Made by a program: the position numbers and the translations under genes
The notes under the pieces: generated by a model
The model's database searches: none
The model's input: only the letters and a program-made list of their open reading frames with translations
Told to the model about the DNA's origin: nothing
In this document: in pieces, positions 13,424-26,639 of the stretch
How positions within the stretch are numbered: the first letter of the stretch is position 1
Layout of the letters: each line of letters begins with the position of its first letter
Source: Octopus vulgaris
Lineage: Eukaryota
Direction: 5' to 3'
DNA length: 64,000 nt
Assembly: GCA_951406725.2 (NCBI GenBank)
Contig: OX597814.1
Span: 105,834,001 to 105,898,000, forward strand

Positions 13424-13859
13424 TATGATATAATTATAAAGAGGGAAAACTTTTAGCCATTTTCCCGCATGTATCTATGCCTCTATTTATCTGTTTGCCT
13501 CTCATATTTATGCGAGCGTGCGTGTGTGTGTGTATGTGTGTGCGTATATATGTATGTACGTGTATTGAGCTTTGTGTAATTTATTGATTTTTACTCAGCT
13601 GGTGCTGTTTCACGTAACTCTTCAATGCATTCCTCATTTTTCATTTATTCCCCTAACAGAATTACAGCAAATGTGTGTGTGTACTTGTGTGTTTGTGTGT
13701 GTGTGTGAATGGTCTTGAAACAAGACGGATTAAAAAGGAAGGTAGAGAACGATCTGATTACAGAATTGAAAGGAGGGAGACTTGACCAATAGTGAGATGT
13801 GAGTCGAGGGTGGGACATGGATCGTGGAAGGATAAAACATAGAAGTCCTTTAAGAGTTA

Positions 13860-14052
13860 TTAGCACCGCCGATGCTTAGCGGCATTTTGTCCGTCTTCAC
13901 ACAGCCCGAGTCCGAATACTACCCAGGTCGACTTCGCCTTTCATTCTTTCGGGGTCGATTAAATAAGTTTCTGTTGAATACGGAAGTCGATGTAATCAAC
14001 TTACCCGCCACCGCCCGAAATTGCTGGCCTTGTGTCAAGAATTTGAAACCTA
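13860..14052 (+). mobile_element. SINE family A, diverged
   Basis: gcctttcattctttcggggtcgattaaataag core and ccttgtgtcaagaatttgaaacc tail. Confidence 0.75.
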
Positions 14053-14866
14053 AATGTCCTCAATATCGACTGTGCAGGAAGATGGGAGAGGTGAGAGTTG
14101 TTGTTGGTAATGATGTTCGCCGTGTTGTTGTTGTGGTTGCTGTGGTGATGGTCGTGGTAGCCTCGATAGTAATGATTTATTAATTATGTATTAGGTACTA
14201 TGTTCTCTCTCTCCCTCTCGCTCTCTCCCTCTTAAGCACCGATACAACTCAACGCCCACCGTTAGATATGAACTTGTGACACCGGGGGTGAAAGAGCCTT
14301 GTAACTTATTGACTCAGCCATTGTGTCTCTGACAACACATCAGCTCCAACAATGACCATATCAATGTTGATGATAATCATCATCATCATCATCATCATCA
14401 TCACCATTCTAACAGTTGCAATAAAGATATCATTGAGGTCGATTACTGTGATGATGGTGATGATGATAAGATGTAAGGGGAGAAGACGGGGAAGGATGAC
14501 TGAGTTAATAAGGTTGCTAATGAAATCTGTGTTGAAGTGTCTGGCAGCCATTGATGTTGGAGTATGATGTATCACCAATGAGACTCCAACAAACGGCGGC
14601 GGCGGCGGTGGCTGCAGAACATTCATCTTATTTTCCTTGCTTCACGTGTACACTCAGTGACGTCACCACGCACGCATACACACCACGCCTTCGCACACAC
14701 ATTGTCATCTGCCTTTTCGTTTCATTTCCGCTCCATCACCAAACCATCTCCATACTCAAGCTTCATCTCCACCTTTTGAAGAATTTGACAATGGTATTGT
14801 CTGTGTCTTTGACGATGTGAGGCAGTTCTGTGTTTCAGCTAATTAGCCGTACTCATCAGTAGGTTA

Positions 14867-15670
14867 ATATTTATTAGCGATTGTAGGGCGGCGAAATGCT
14901 TAGCGGTATTTCGTCTGCCGCTACGTTCTGAGTTCAAATTCCGCTGAGGTTGACTTTGTTTTTCATCCTTTCGGGGTCGATTAAATAAGTACCAGTTACG
15001 CACTGGGGTCGATATAATCGACTTAATCCGTTTGTCTCTCCTTGTTTGTCCTCTCTGTGTTTAGCCCCTTGTGGGTAGTAAAGAAATAGGTAATTTCGTC
15101 TGTCTTTACGTTCAGAGTTCAAATTCCGCCGAGGTCGACTTTCGGGATCGATAAATTAAGTACCAGTTGCGTACTGAAGTCGATGTAATCGACTGGCCCC
15201 CTCCTCAAAAAATTCGGGTCTTGTGCCTAGAGTAGAAAAGGATATTTATTAACGATTGTAGGGCGGTGAGCTGGCAGAATCGGTAGAAAGTCAGGCAAAA
15301 TACTTTAACTCCGGGATTTACGTCGTTTTTACGTTCAAATTCCACCGAGGTTAACTTGCATTTTCATCCTTTCGGGTCAATGTTATCGACTTAGCCTCAC
15401 CCAACTTGTTGGCTTTGTGCCAGAATTTGAAAGCATTTTTATTATCATTAAGGTAATGGGCTGGCAGAATCGTTAGCAAGCCGGACAAAATGCTGAGCGG
15501 CGTTTCGTCCGTTATTAAATTCTGAGTTTAAATTTCGCCGGGGTTAACTTTCCTTTTCATTCTTTCGGGGGTCGATAAAATAAGTTTAGCATTTATCCCT
15601 TCCCCTTTATACCTCCCCATTTACCCCCTCCCCCTAAAATTACTAGCCTTGAACTAAAATTTGAAATCTT
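14867..15670 (+). mobile_element. Cluster of nested and tandem SINE family A copies
   Basis: Four core units. A 25-bp direct repeat at 14867-14891 and 15242-15266 brackets a dimeric copy. Confidence 0.85.
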
Positions 15671-16209
15671 TATTCTTATTATCATCATTGAGTCGGTTAG
15701 ACGTGTGTTCGTGCCTCTCAAAATATAACCACACAATAAGGAAGAGCGAGGTTTTGTGGTGGATGGGGCCGTTATGTGTTACCATGATCCCCGAAAACCA
15801 CAGAGCTATTCAGGAGTTGTATTTCGTCGAGGGAGCTGAAGGAAAGGGCATTTGAGTGGTAGTGCAAGGGCAGAAGGCTCAGCTTCTAAACCTGTGGCAG
15901 TAAGGGTGGTGGAGTGATCAACGCTGTGAGAAAGGGTGAGTGGGGTGTTTCTGTGTGTGGAGGGAGGGGGGTTAAGCTGCAGCAGTAACAACTGCAACAT
16001 ATCTCAGAATGTGTCGTTTTCAAAGTATCATCAATAGTAGAGAATGATATATAGAAAAGAAGCGATGGTCATGGCTGGAATGCCTTTATCACAAGTTTTC
16101 TCTATCAGGACTGACATTTGGTTAAAAAATAAGTCAAAACTAGTCGTTTTTATTATCATCATCATCGTTGTCAGCTGAACATAATCAATGACTTGTAAAG
16201 TCAGGCTCT

Positions 16210-16216
16210 GTCCTCC

Positions 16217-16253
<37 letters not shown>

Positions 16254-16672
16254 TCTCTCTTCTCCTCTTGCCCTCTCTTTTTCTTCTCCTGCCCCCTCTC
16301 TCCTCTCCGCCTCTCCCTTATCATTCTCTTCTATCTCTTTCTTTTCCTCTTGACCCCTCTTTGTCCTCTCTCATATCTCTCTCTTTCTTCTCCTTCCCCT
16401 CTCCCATCTCCCCCATCTCTCTCTTCTCTCCTACCCTTCTCCCCTATCATCCTCTCTCTCCTCCTCCTGCTCCTTCTCTAATCTCCCCCTCCCCTATCTT
16501 TCTCTTCTATCTCTTTCTTCTCTTGCCCCCTCCCTCCTCTCTTGCATCTCTCTCTTTCTTCTTCTGCCCCCTCTCTCCTCTCCCCTCTCTCTCTCTTCTC
16601 TTCTCTCCTCTCCCCCATTTTCTCTCTCTTCTCCTCCTGCCCCTCTCTCCCCTTCTTTCTCTCTTCCCAACT
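16210..16672. repeat. Polypyrimidine (CT-rich) low-complexity tract
   Basis: About 460 bp of almost only C/T on the + strand. Confidence 0.9.
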
Positions 16673-16951
16673 CTCAAGTCAGACTTTATCACTATTTGTA
16701 GAAAGACGACATAACAAATATTTACCAAACTCACCAGCTCTTGTAACTCTTTCTGGAATGTTTCGCAAATAATTGGTTAGTTTTGCTGCCAATTACTCGC
16801 TACTTTGGCACTTTTCTTCTTCCCTGTTTATTTTTCTCTCCATTTCAAACTCTTCCCACAAAATTCTCCCATGTTCCTTTATTTATTTATCTTTTTTTAT
16901 TACATTTTCTAGTTTTTCTCCCTGTCTCACTTTTTTTTTTACATGTCTCTG

Positions 16952-17006
<55 letters not shown>

Positions 17007-17007
17007 G

Positions 17008-17106
<99 letters not shown>

Positions 17107-17204
17107 CACAGGAATGTTGACAGTCACTTCAAAGTTTCGCTGCTGGTGGTTAATCTCAACTGCTTTGAATCGAGCCATCAGCAGCCAACTTCGAAGTACC
17201 TTAT

Positions 17205-17387
17205 TTTATTATTCTTTTATCTGCTTCAGCCATTCGACTGCGGTCATGCTGGAGCACCGCCTCTAGTCAAATTTATTCTCTGTAACCCTAGTACTTATTG
17301 TATCGGTCTCTTTTGTCGAACCGCTAAGTTACGGTGATGTAAACACACCAGCATCGGTTGTCAAGCGATGGTGGATGGACAAACACA

Positions 17388-17471
<84 letters not shown>

Positions 17472-17627
17472 CGACGGGCTTCTTTCTGTTTTCGTCTACC
17501 AAATCCGCTCACGAGGCTTTGTTCGGCCCGAAGCTATAGTAGAAGACACTTGCCCAAGGTGCCACGCAGTGGGACAGAACCCAGAACCATGTGGATGGTA
17601 AGCAAGCTACTTACCACACAGCCACGC
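17205..17627 (-). mobile_element. tRNA-derived SINE family B (CORE-like body, internal microsatellite, LINE-like tail)
   Basis: Minus strand: A-box GTGGCTGTGTGG, B-box GGTTCTGTCC, ACCTTGGGCAAGT, internal (TA)n(TG)n, tail GGCGGTGCTCCAGCATGACCGCAGTCGAATGGCTG. Confidence 0.85.
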
Positions 17628-19404
17628 CTGTCAACATTCCTGTAATAAATATTTGACATAACACATGTATTGAGTCCTGTCTATCATTAATCTTTATTGT
17701 TATTATTTCTTTAAAAACACTTGTTTTAATAGGTTTGTGTGTGTGAGATCTTTGTTATGTTGCGCTAATAGCTAAACCTCAAACATACATATACATACAC
17801 ACGTCCAAATACTTATGCGACACTCACAAGTGATTATATCTTGGTAACAGGTACCATGCTATCGTTAATTATTTTAGGTGCCTGAGAAGTCATGTGCAGA
17901 CACAGTCACATCCTCGGCCCCACCCCTGCTCTTTATCAAGCGGAACATCTAAAATATCAGTCCTTGGTTTGGGTGGGTGGGTGGGGACAGTACTAGCAAT
18001 CGGTTGTTACTCATTTTCAGACTGGAATAAGGGGAAGTGTCTTGCTCAAGGACCCGACACATTTCTCGGTCCAGAAACCGAACCTAGACATTCTGAACGT
18101 GAGCGTAACATCCGAACAACGAGCCCATGCGCCTTCGTATGAGATGAGAGAGGGAGAGAGAGAGAGAGAGAGAGAGAAGTTGGAAGAGACCCTTGGAGAA
18201 ACAATAAAGGAACAGTAAGAAACACATTCACACACACACCCCACACACACAGTCACAAATGATGTGTGTGTGTAACGCTTTCTCTCTCTCCTTCTTTCTC
18301 TCTTTCTCTCTGTCTTTCTCTTTATTTCTCTCTCTTTCTTTCTCTTTCTCTCTCCTTCTCTCTGTTGTACTCTCTATCCCCCCCCTCTCTCTCTCCCGAT
18401 ACGTATCATTTTAGAATATAGAAAAAATGGTGAGTTTATTGGAAATAAAAGCTTGTTCCATATTCTTTCTCTTAATAATAGAACTGTCTTTCACACAGCC
18501 TCCCCCTCCTCTTTTTCCTTTTCCCACCAATTTCATTAGTTTTTCTTTCTATCTTCATTTTCCTCCCCCCACTCTCTCTAATACCACCTCTACTTTTTAT
18601 ATCACTTCCTCCCTTTTTCTTTACCCTGTTTCCCTTTTTTCACAACCTTTTGCTCTCCCTCCCTTCATCCTCTCTTAACCCAATCCCAGCCGGTTGATGC
18701 CCCAACCCACCACCCTAGTCCCTTTCAGTGTTCATATTTCCGAGCAGGGAGCACTTACAACCATGTGACATGAAATCCCTTCCCTTCAGTTGCCGGGATT
18801 AAGCAATCTTCTACGCTATTAACTCCCTTTAATGATGTAAGCGATCTGCTTCTTGTAAATCGTTGAGTTGCGGTTTGAAAGCTGCCATGGCAGGGAGACG
18901 AGGATATAAGGAGAAGATTGAAGGAAAGGGTTGAAACGGTGGCATCCGTCGTCCACATTCACACCATTCTTCGAAAGAGAACTAATTGTTATAAGAGACA
19001 AGCATGGAATGAAGGAAAGCGGAGTGGGGTGATGGAAGGCAGAGAGTAAGGAAAGGAAGATGGGGAGATAATGAGAATGGAGACAGGAAAGTATTATAAG
19101 ACGAGGGCATGGGTGGAGAGGAATACAAAGAAATAGAGTTAAAAAGAAAAAAAACAGATAGAGGGGGTGGGAGTGCCAAAGATGGCGTCCGTACAAAAAT
19201 ACGCAAGCAGTTAATAGTGAGGTGTGAAGAAAGGTAAATATTAGGGAGAAAATGTTGACAGACAATTTAGTTAAACCCTAAAAGGGGCAGGTGAAGCCAT
19301 TTCGGTTTAAACATTGCTAATTGTAAAAATGATTTGGGGGTATTTTTTACCGAGGTATAAAACTAGAAATTTTGGAAACGAATGTAGTCTTGTATATATA
19401 TATG

Positions 19405-19730
19405 TTTTATTTGTTTGCCATTTGACTGCGATCATGCTGGAGCACCGCCTTTAGTCGAACAGATCGAGCCCAGAATTTATTTTTTGCAAGCGTAGTACTT
19501 ATTCGATCGGTCTCTTTTACCGAACCGCTAAGTTGCGGGGACGTAAACATTGGTTTTCAAGCGACGATGGGGGGGGGGGCAAACAGACACACAAATACAC
19601 GCATACACGCATATTTATACGACGGGCTTCTTTCAATTTCCGTCCACCAAATCCACTCACAAAGCTTTGGTCGGCCCAAGGCTATTGTAGAAGTTACTTG
19701 CCCAAAGTGCCACCATGTGGTTGGTAAGCC
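19405..19730 (-). mobile_element. SINE family B
   Basis: Homologous to 17205-17627. Confidence 0.82.
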
Positions 19731-19753
19731 GTTCCTGTGCCTAAGCGTGAGAC

Positions 19754-19871
19754 GCTTACAACACCTAGGTTGCCCAAGCGGTCACCCATCTAAGTACTCA
19801 CTAGGCTCGACGTTGCTTAACTTCGGCGTCCGGACGAGAACCGGTGCATTCAACGTGATATCAACGCAATT
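19754..19871 (-). pseudogene. 5S rRNA pseudogene or dispersed 5S copy
   Basis: Minus strand reads ATATCACGTTGAATGCACCGGTTCTCGTCCGGACGCCGAAGTTAAGCAACGTCGAGCCTAGTGAGTACTTAGATGGGTGACCGCTTGGGCAACCTAGGTGTTGTAAGC, clearly 5S-like, about 118 nt. The first 10 nt are diverged (helix I weakened) and there is no oligo-T terminator. Confidence 0.88.
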
Positions 19872-20478
19872 CTCATTTTAAGTGAATCTCTATTTTTCTA
19901 TAGAACCTGGCGCAAGCACTGAAAGTTACGACGTTTCGTATACGAATACATCGATGAAAACAATACGATCGAAGATAGAAAAATGGTCAGTGGGTGTATA
20001 GGAAAACCGGAGTGTTATATAAAGACATGAATCAATCCCAATTTGTGACTGGTACAGCCTTGCTGATCAGTCCGAAATGGTTCGTATTCAAGTGAGACGT
20101 AAAGTTGTTTTTGTGTATTGTTTGTGAAAACAGTTCTGATGAAAGAATTTCCCGGGCAGCAGTGTAATGTAAATCGTGTGCATGTCTCGATCATTATTAA
20201 CAGACATATCTAAAGACAGAATGCGAAGATAGTCACCATGGGGCTGTTGATACAAATGGTAACCATAGAATTAAAGCAATGTCATTAACTCCGATCCCAA
20301 TTTTTATTCTTCGTATTCTACAACGGAAAATAAACTCAGGGATTCTCTGATAATTCAAAACAGCAGTTTTCTTGCAGGATATTCCTCTCTTGAAATTTTC
20401 ACAAGCTCTCCATGGGAGTGCTTCCTAAAGTAAACACCTCGGTTAACTTATCCCTGTTGACCTACTTTATGCACATTT

Positions 20479-20524
<46 letters not shown>

Positions 20525-20594
20525 GAGAGAATAAAGAATACATATATATGTACGTGAGTATATCTACACACACATACACACATATATATATACC

Positions 20595-20700
20595 CGAGGG
20601 ATGTATGAAAAGTTTTGAACCTTGCAGTATTGTACCTTCATCAGAAGTGTTGTACCATGTTTTGTTCTTCTGAAGCTCAAGACTTTCCATACACCCCTCG
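20595..20700. mobile_element. Mariner-type MITE (about 105 bp)
   Basis: About 26-bp imperfect TIRs CGAGGGATGTATGAAAAGTTTTGAAC / GCTCAAGACTTTCCATACACCCCTCG in TA context. Confidence 0.65.
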
Positions 20701-20733
20701 TATAAATATATATATATTTGTGTGTGTATATAC

Positions 20734-20786
<53 letters not shown>

Positions 20787-21051
20787 TGTGTATGTCTAGA
20801 TAGATGGATAGATAGGTAGATACATAGATTGAAAGATACATACACACAACAGATGAGAGCTAGATATGCTCAGCCTAGGATGCACATAGTAATGCTCAAG
20901 TAAATTGCAACTCGAAATTCTTCATCCAGGATTAAGGTCCACAGCATCGAGAGCGGCTGTGAGAGAAATCAGGGAGAAGCAGATATGGAAGGAGGGATAA
21001 TGCAGATAAACATAATATATGTAGTTATATATATCTATGTTTATCTATGCG

Positions 21052-21088
<37 letters not shown>

Positions 21089-21103
21089 CTTTCACTCTTG
21101 CTT

Positions 21104-21159
<56 letters not shown>

Positions 21160-21292
21160 CTGTGTGTATATATATATATATCTGTAAATGTAAAATTCCT
21201 CTATTTACATAATATCGAGGTATCTTTCTTTCTTTTGTTGTTTTACCATTTTTATCAATATATATAAATATATATGTGTATGTATATGTGTA

Positions 21293-21340
<48 letters not shown>

Positions 21341-22052
21341 TATATATATGTATGTACATGTGTGTGTGCAATAGCCGATACAAATGTTAGTAGTTTGATT
21401 TTTCCTCACGTTTTACATCGTATATATATATAGAGAGAGGAGGGGGAGGAGAGAGTAAAAGAGAAAGATATATCGTATACACAGAGAGAGTGAGGGAGCG
21501 AGTAAAAGAGATACAGAGAGTTAACATAAGAGGTGCAGGATGAGTATTTAATAACTCTCTGTAAAATAGGCATTTTTTTTTTAATAAGATTTTGCTGAGA
21601 CAGATTTTCAATGGAATAGATTTTAATTATGTTGATAAAATTTAGAAAAATAATAACATATATTTACTGCAAAAATACAAATGAGAAATTTGTTTCATTA
21701 AATTTTATTTGAAGGTAATAAATATTTTTCTTTTAAAATTAGCATTAGTTTCGTTATTTTGTACAGGCGCCAAGAAATTTGATAAAAGTTTAATTACAAT
21801 GATCTTCTGTGAGTCATATTTCCTGATATTACCCCATGCAGACAGAAGTATACTTTCAAAATTCCCGATTATACGACGGGTAACACGTTAGTATGGCCAA
21901 CCGAAATTGCAAAGATAATCTGGAACTCGACTGAGGAAAGAAAACTCCGAATGACCCGTACTTGTTTTCTTTGTTTCGTCTGTCTGGATAATATATTGTC
22001 CCCTGTTTGTATCACCTAAGTGTCTGGATGTTTTTGCGCTCTTGTACCATTT

Positions 22053-22084
<32 letters not shown>

Positions 22085-22086
<2 letters not shown>

Positions 22087-22317
22087 GTAATCCATGGACT
22101 ATCGCGGGTGCTACATTCCAAAAGCCCTCTCGATAGGTGAAAATCCGCGAAGGAGAAACAGTACTGTAGTGTATAATTTTTTTTTTTTTTATAATTTGTA
22201 TTTATTTATTTTATTAGAAATGCAAAACAACACCACGGTGGAATTGACATAAGCTTAAATAATAAACTGCGATAGGCGAACCGCGATAGCCGAACCGCGA
22301 TATACGAGGGATTACTA
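22085..22317. mobile_element. pogo/Tigger-like MITE
   Basis: Termini TAGTAATCCATGGACTATCGCGG and CCGCGATATACGAGGGATTACTA. Homologous to 26751-26889. Confidence 0.7.
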
Positions 22318-22446
22318 AAGACGATCTGCTTCTCTACTGATGGATGAAAGCTCCGAATGACCCGTCTTTGTTTTCCCCTGTCCTTTTTTGTATCATCTAA
22401 CTCTCTGAATGTTTTGTTGTCGCCTCTTAACGTTGTTGTTGTTCCA

Positions 22447-22497
<51 letters not shown>

Positions 22498-22505
22498 GTA
22501 TATAT

Positions 22506-22544
<39 letters not shown>

Positions 22545-22772
22545 CTTTACTGAAAAGCAGCAAAAATATCACAAAAACTGTTACTCAGAGGTTCACGTTC
22601 ACGTTCGTCGGACAGTTTTGTTTAGGAACGGGAACATGAAACTTAGAGTAACAGTTTTTGTGATAATATTAATGCTTTTTCATAAAGCATAATACTCTAC
22701 ATCTGGTAGTCGAGTACTATTTTTCCCACCTTGTTTCGCATTTATGTGCTTACTCTGGTAAACCTTCCCGTT
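22545..22772. mobile_element. Second copy of the foldback mini-element, centre deleted
   Basis: Same inverted arms and tail as 59121-59386, between (GATA)n and (TA)n. Confidence 0.7.
22574..22619 (-). ncRNA. Minimal hammerhead-like motif (GAAA changed to GAAC), same family as 59147/59241
   Basis: AAAACTGT-CCGACGA-ACG-TGAA-CGT-GAAC-CTCTGAG-TA-ACAGTTTT, with a perfect 8-bp stem I. Confidence 0.5.
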
Positions 22773-22802
22773 ATATATATATATATATATATATATATAG
22801 AT

Positions 22803-22853
<51 letters not shown>

Positions 22854-23144
22854 TCTAGAAATAGCTCTGACGAAAATAGCATTAATTTTTGTAGGTCGTT
22901 CAATTTACCTCAATTGATCAATAGACCAATTGAGTAAACCTATCGGTAATGTACCTGTAATGACTACTGGAAACAGCTGTAAGCCAAATTTACTCTAATA
23001 AAAGAAGACTATGTAATGATCATTATCTGTATCTTGTCTTAGCTAGATCGGTTGGTAGGTCGGTTGGATGGATGGATGGATAGATAGATAATGTGTAATT
23101 GCAGTGAAACAGGCAGACAAAATACACTTAGAGCTACAGCTTTC

Positions 23145-23189
<45 letters not shown>

Positions 23190-23782
23190 GGGATACTGTG
23201 TCTGTAGACAACCTTTGCTCGCTGCTGTAGACATTGTACCCAGGTACTTTGCACAGGGTATAAATTGCTTTCATTTTTGGTATCCATTACGCCTAGTTAA
23301 AAAATGTTTTGAATAAGAAAAACAAACCCGAAAAAATATCCCAAACTCATCATAAATATCCATAACAAACAAAACGAAAACGTAAATAAATATAATGTAG
23401 GGATAAAAATATCAATAAAATTAAAGCGAAGTTCTTAAAACAAACAGCTAATGAGAAGTTAAACGAGGCAAGTATTTGCAAGAAATCAAATAGCGAAGTA
23501 GAAGCAGAGTGTCTGGCAAAACATGGCTGCCATTCTGGTATTTGTTTAGTGTTGACGTGTTTGTTGATATCATCAGTTCACAGAGATGTATCGAGTTAGC
23601 GTGTTTGTTAGTTTAAGGCCGAACCGTGCTTCCTGAAAGCTGTCTCCAAGAACTTTTCAACTGTCAATTTAATGCCAATCATTTGTCATTTTGCTTCTTT
23701 TACACCAAATAAAATCCGTTATTTTTTTATTCTATTTTCATATCTTTTTTTTTTATTTTACTTGTGTTTTTCCCCTCTGGAT

Positions 23783-23859
<77 letters not shown>

Positions 23860-24130
23860 TTCTGCTATTTTCCAACATTGATTTCCATAAATGGTAATTC
23901 TTAACGAACTATTTACGGAAAGTGGGAATGGTGGGTACTTATTCGTCTTCTCTCTCTCTCTCCCTCTCTCTCTCTCTCCGCACACACATCTTGTACTGAA
24001 TAGGACGTCTTTGAGATATCAATATGTTTTTATTCCATTAAGTTTTCTACGTTCTTTCACTTTGATTCCTTAACGTATATTCGTAAATTTTACCCACGTG
24101 CACACACTAACACACTCACACACACACACG

Positions 24131-24204
<74 letters not shown>

Positions 24205-24289
24205 GTATGTATATATTTATTTATTTATTTAATCTTGTGCAAATCTTGAGTTAATACTTGATACTATTAAAACTTAGAGATGATTATGA

Positions 24290-24482
24290 GATGGCAGAAA
24301 CGTTAGCACGCCGGACGAAATGCTTAGCGGTATTTCGTCTGCCGTTACGTTCTGAGTTCAAATTCCGCCGAGGTCGACATTGCCTTTCATCCTTTCGGAG
24401 TCGATAAAATAAGTACCAGTTGTGTACTGGGATCGATGTAATCAGCTCACCCTCTATCTCTCGAGATCGCTAGCCTTGTGCA
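24290..24482 (+). mobile_element. SINE family A
   Basis: Head tggcagaaacgttagcacgccgg plus core. Confidence 0.85.
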
Positions 24483-24493
24483 ACGATGCGCAT

Positions 24494-24570
<77 letters not shown>

Positions 24571-26527
24571 CATGACATTACTTTACACGCCACAAACCAA
24601 GCGTTTGCTTTCTTCTGTTATTGTGAACGGCCTGGGTACTAGTATTATTGGAACTCGATTCCTGTAACCTCATTGTATTCTCCATTATAGTCAGCGTCAG
24701 AACCGTTTCTACGCCGTGCCTCAGCGTTGCCAGATAAAGAATTTAAGACATGAATCGTAATTCTCATAAATTATATGGCAAATCTGGATAAAATCTTAAT
24801 TTACTAATCCTACACTGTCGAACAAATAATTACTAACATAGTTATTTAATTGTATATATGCTGCGTAAGTTACGCGTACGACGTATGTATGTTTGTGTAT
24901 GTATGAATCTATATACATGTGTGAATATTTGCGTATGTATGCATGATAAAATTGGGTAAAATCGGTAGTTATTGACCCCCAACATGATTAAACACGTATA
25001 AAAACAGGAAACATTAAACAGACTCAAGACCTAATAACTTTCTTGAAATAATTGATCTTAAATGCACTTTTTTTTTAATATTTAATCTATTTTATGGGGT
25101 AAAAATCTGATTAGGAAGGTCAGACTCCGTCTTGCAGGATTTTGCCTTGCTTATGCCGGAATTGAAGAAGGGCCAAAACACGATGTAATTAAAAGAAAAT
25201 ACTCCCAACAAATCCCTGGATGGAATTTTTACCATAGTCTACCCCACCACAAACAAAGAAGGAAAAAATACAATGGGCCCCGCCCTATCATTCACAAATA
25301 AAATCATAATCATTTGCACTAGATTGTGAAAACCAAGACTAAAATGTCACAAACTATTGAAACCGGTGGCATATCTTGATAAAATTGTAAATATTTTCTT
25401 CCTTTCATACATGATAGCTGTAAAAGTATTTTCTCATTCATGTTTAATATGCATGCACACACACACACACACACACACATGTATGTATGTATGTATAATT
25501 TTGAGTATCTGCTGTGATTTTGGATGTTTGTTTTAGCAAAGAGAGACCAGTGAAATCTTGTGTTAACCTCATTACCTCCAATCATCCGCTGTGAGTATTT
25601 TTATCGTTAGACATTGAAGGACGGATTCCATTATCATAAAGTTGCTTTCACAACACTTACACACCAGCGTTGGTGACAGGGTTACAGCGTTGTTTATTTA
25701 TAAATCTATTTATATATATATACAATTTTCTTCTTCCTTGAGATAGTGTCATCAGCTAAAAATTGTGTTTATTAAAAAACATTTCTCTCAAAATATACAG
25801 ACACATTCAGAAGGAGTGTTTACGTTAGAGAGAGAGAGAGAAAGCGAGAGCATTACGTTGATACGTTCATTTGTGTACATGTATATGTACTATTATACAT
25901 ATATATCTAGATAGATAGATAGACAGACAGATGTGCCCTTTGGGAAATTTCTTCTGTAATATTTTGGACAATATGAATGTTTCTGAAGAAAAGATAAATT
26001 GGTTTCTGTCAATATAGGCTCTTATTGGATTTAAAATATGGCTGTGTATTCCATTTCCCCCGTTTATGTATTTCCTGCTGCTGCATATGTGGCGGCAATT
26101 GTATTTATTGGCGACATAATAACGTAGGCTTAAGCACACTCTTTCCTTTTACTCCAAGGTTTACATATATTTGGTTTCTTAGAGCTAAACAACATTATAT
26201 ATATATATAAAAGAAAAAGAAAGAAATCGTTTGTTTAGAATATGGAATCATTCTTATATCAGATTATATATTCAAGTCTACAAACGCCTACGTGCCAACT
26301 TACTGACATACTTGATCCCGCACCCGCATTCTATATTTGGAAGGACCCATTTTAAATTCTGTTGGACTTTACCCATAAGGTATTGGAATCTTACATATAT
26401 ACCATTCTGCCTAAAAAATGGATCTACAACTTCAATATCCCTACATGTCTTGCATCAGTTCTCTTTCCTCCACCTCACTCTCTATTTTGTATCACATCTA
26501 AACTAACTATGACCATCCTCTCACACC

Positions 26528-26579
26528 GTCTCCGATGAAGGAATATAATTGATAAATATCCTGGAAACAGCTGTAAGAC
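26528..26579 (+). ncRNA. Minimal hammerhead-like motif with variant core
   Basis: GTCT-CCGATGA-AGGAATAT-AATTGATAA-ATATCCT-G-GAAA-CAGCTG-TA-AGAC. Confidence 0.5.
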
Positions 26580-26639
26580 CTTCTATCTATAAATGTTCTA
26601 ATATCTACACAGCCTTGGTTTTTTTATTTCATTACGCAA

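Noticed and set aside
14828-14862. Minus-strand CTGATGA...GAAA
   Set aside because: No stem II closing the core, no stem III/UH and no stem I.
18755-18958. Minus-strand 67-aa ORF ending near a GTAAGT donor
   Set aside because: No recognisable homology and no partner exon.
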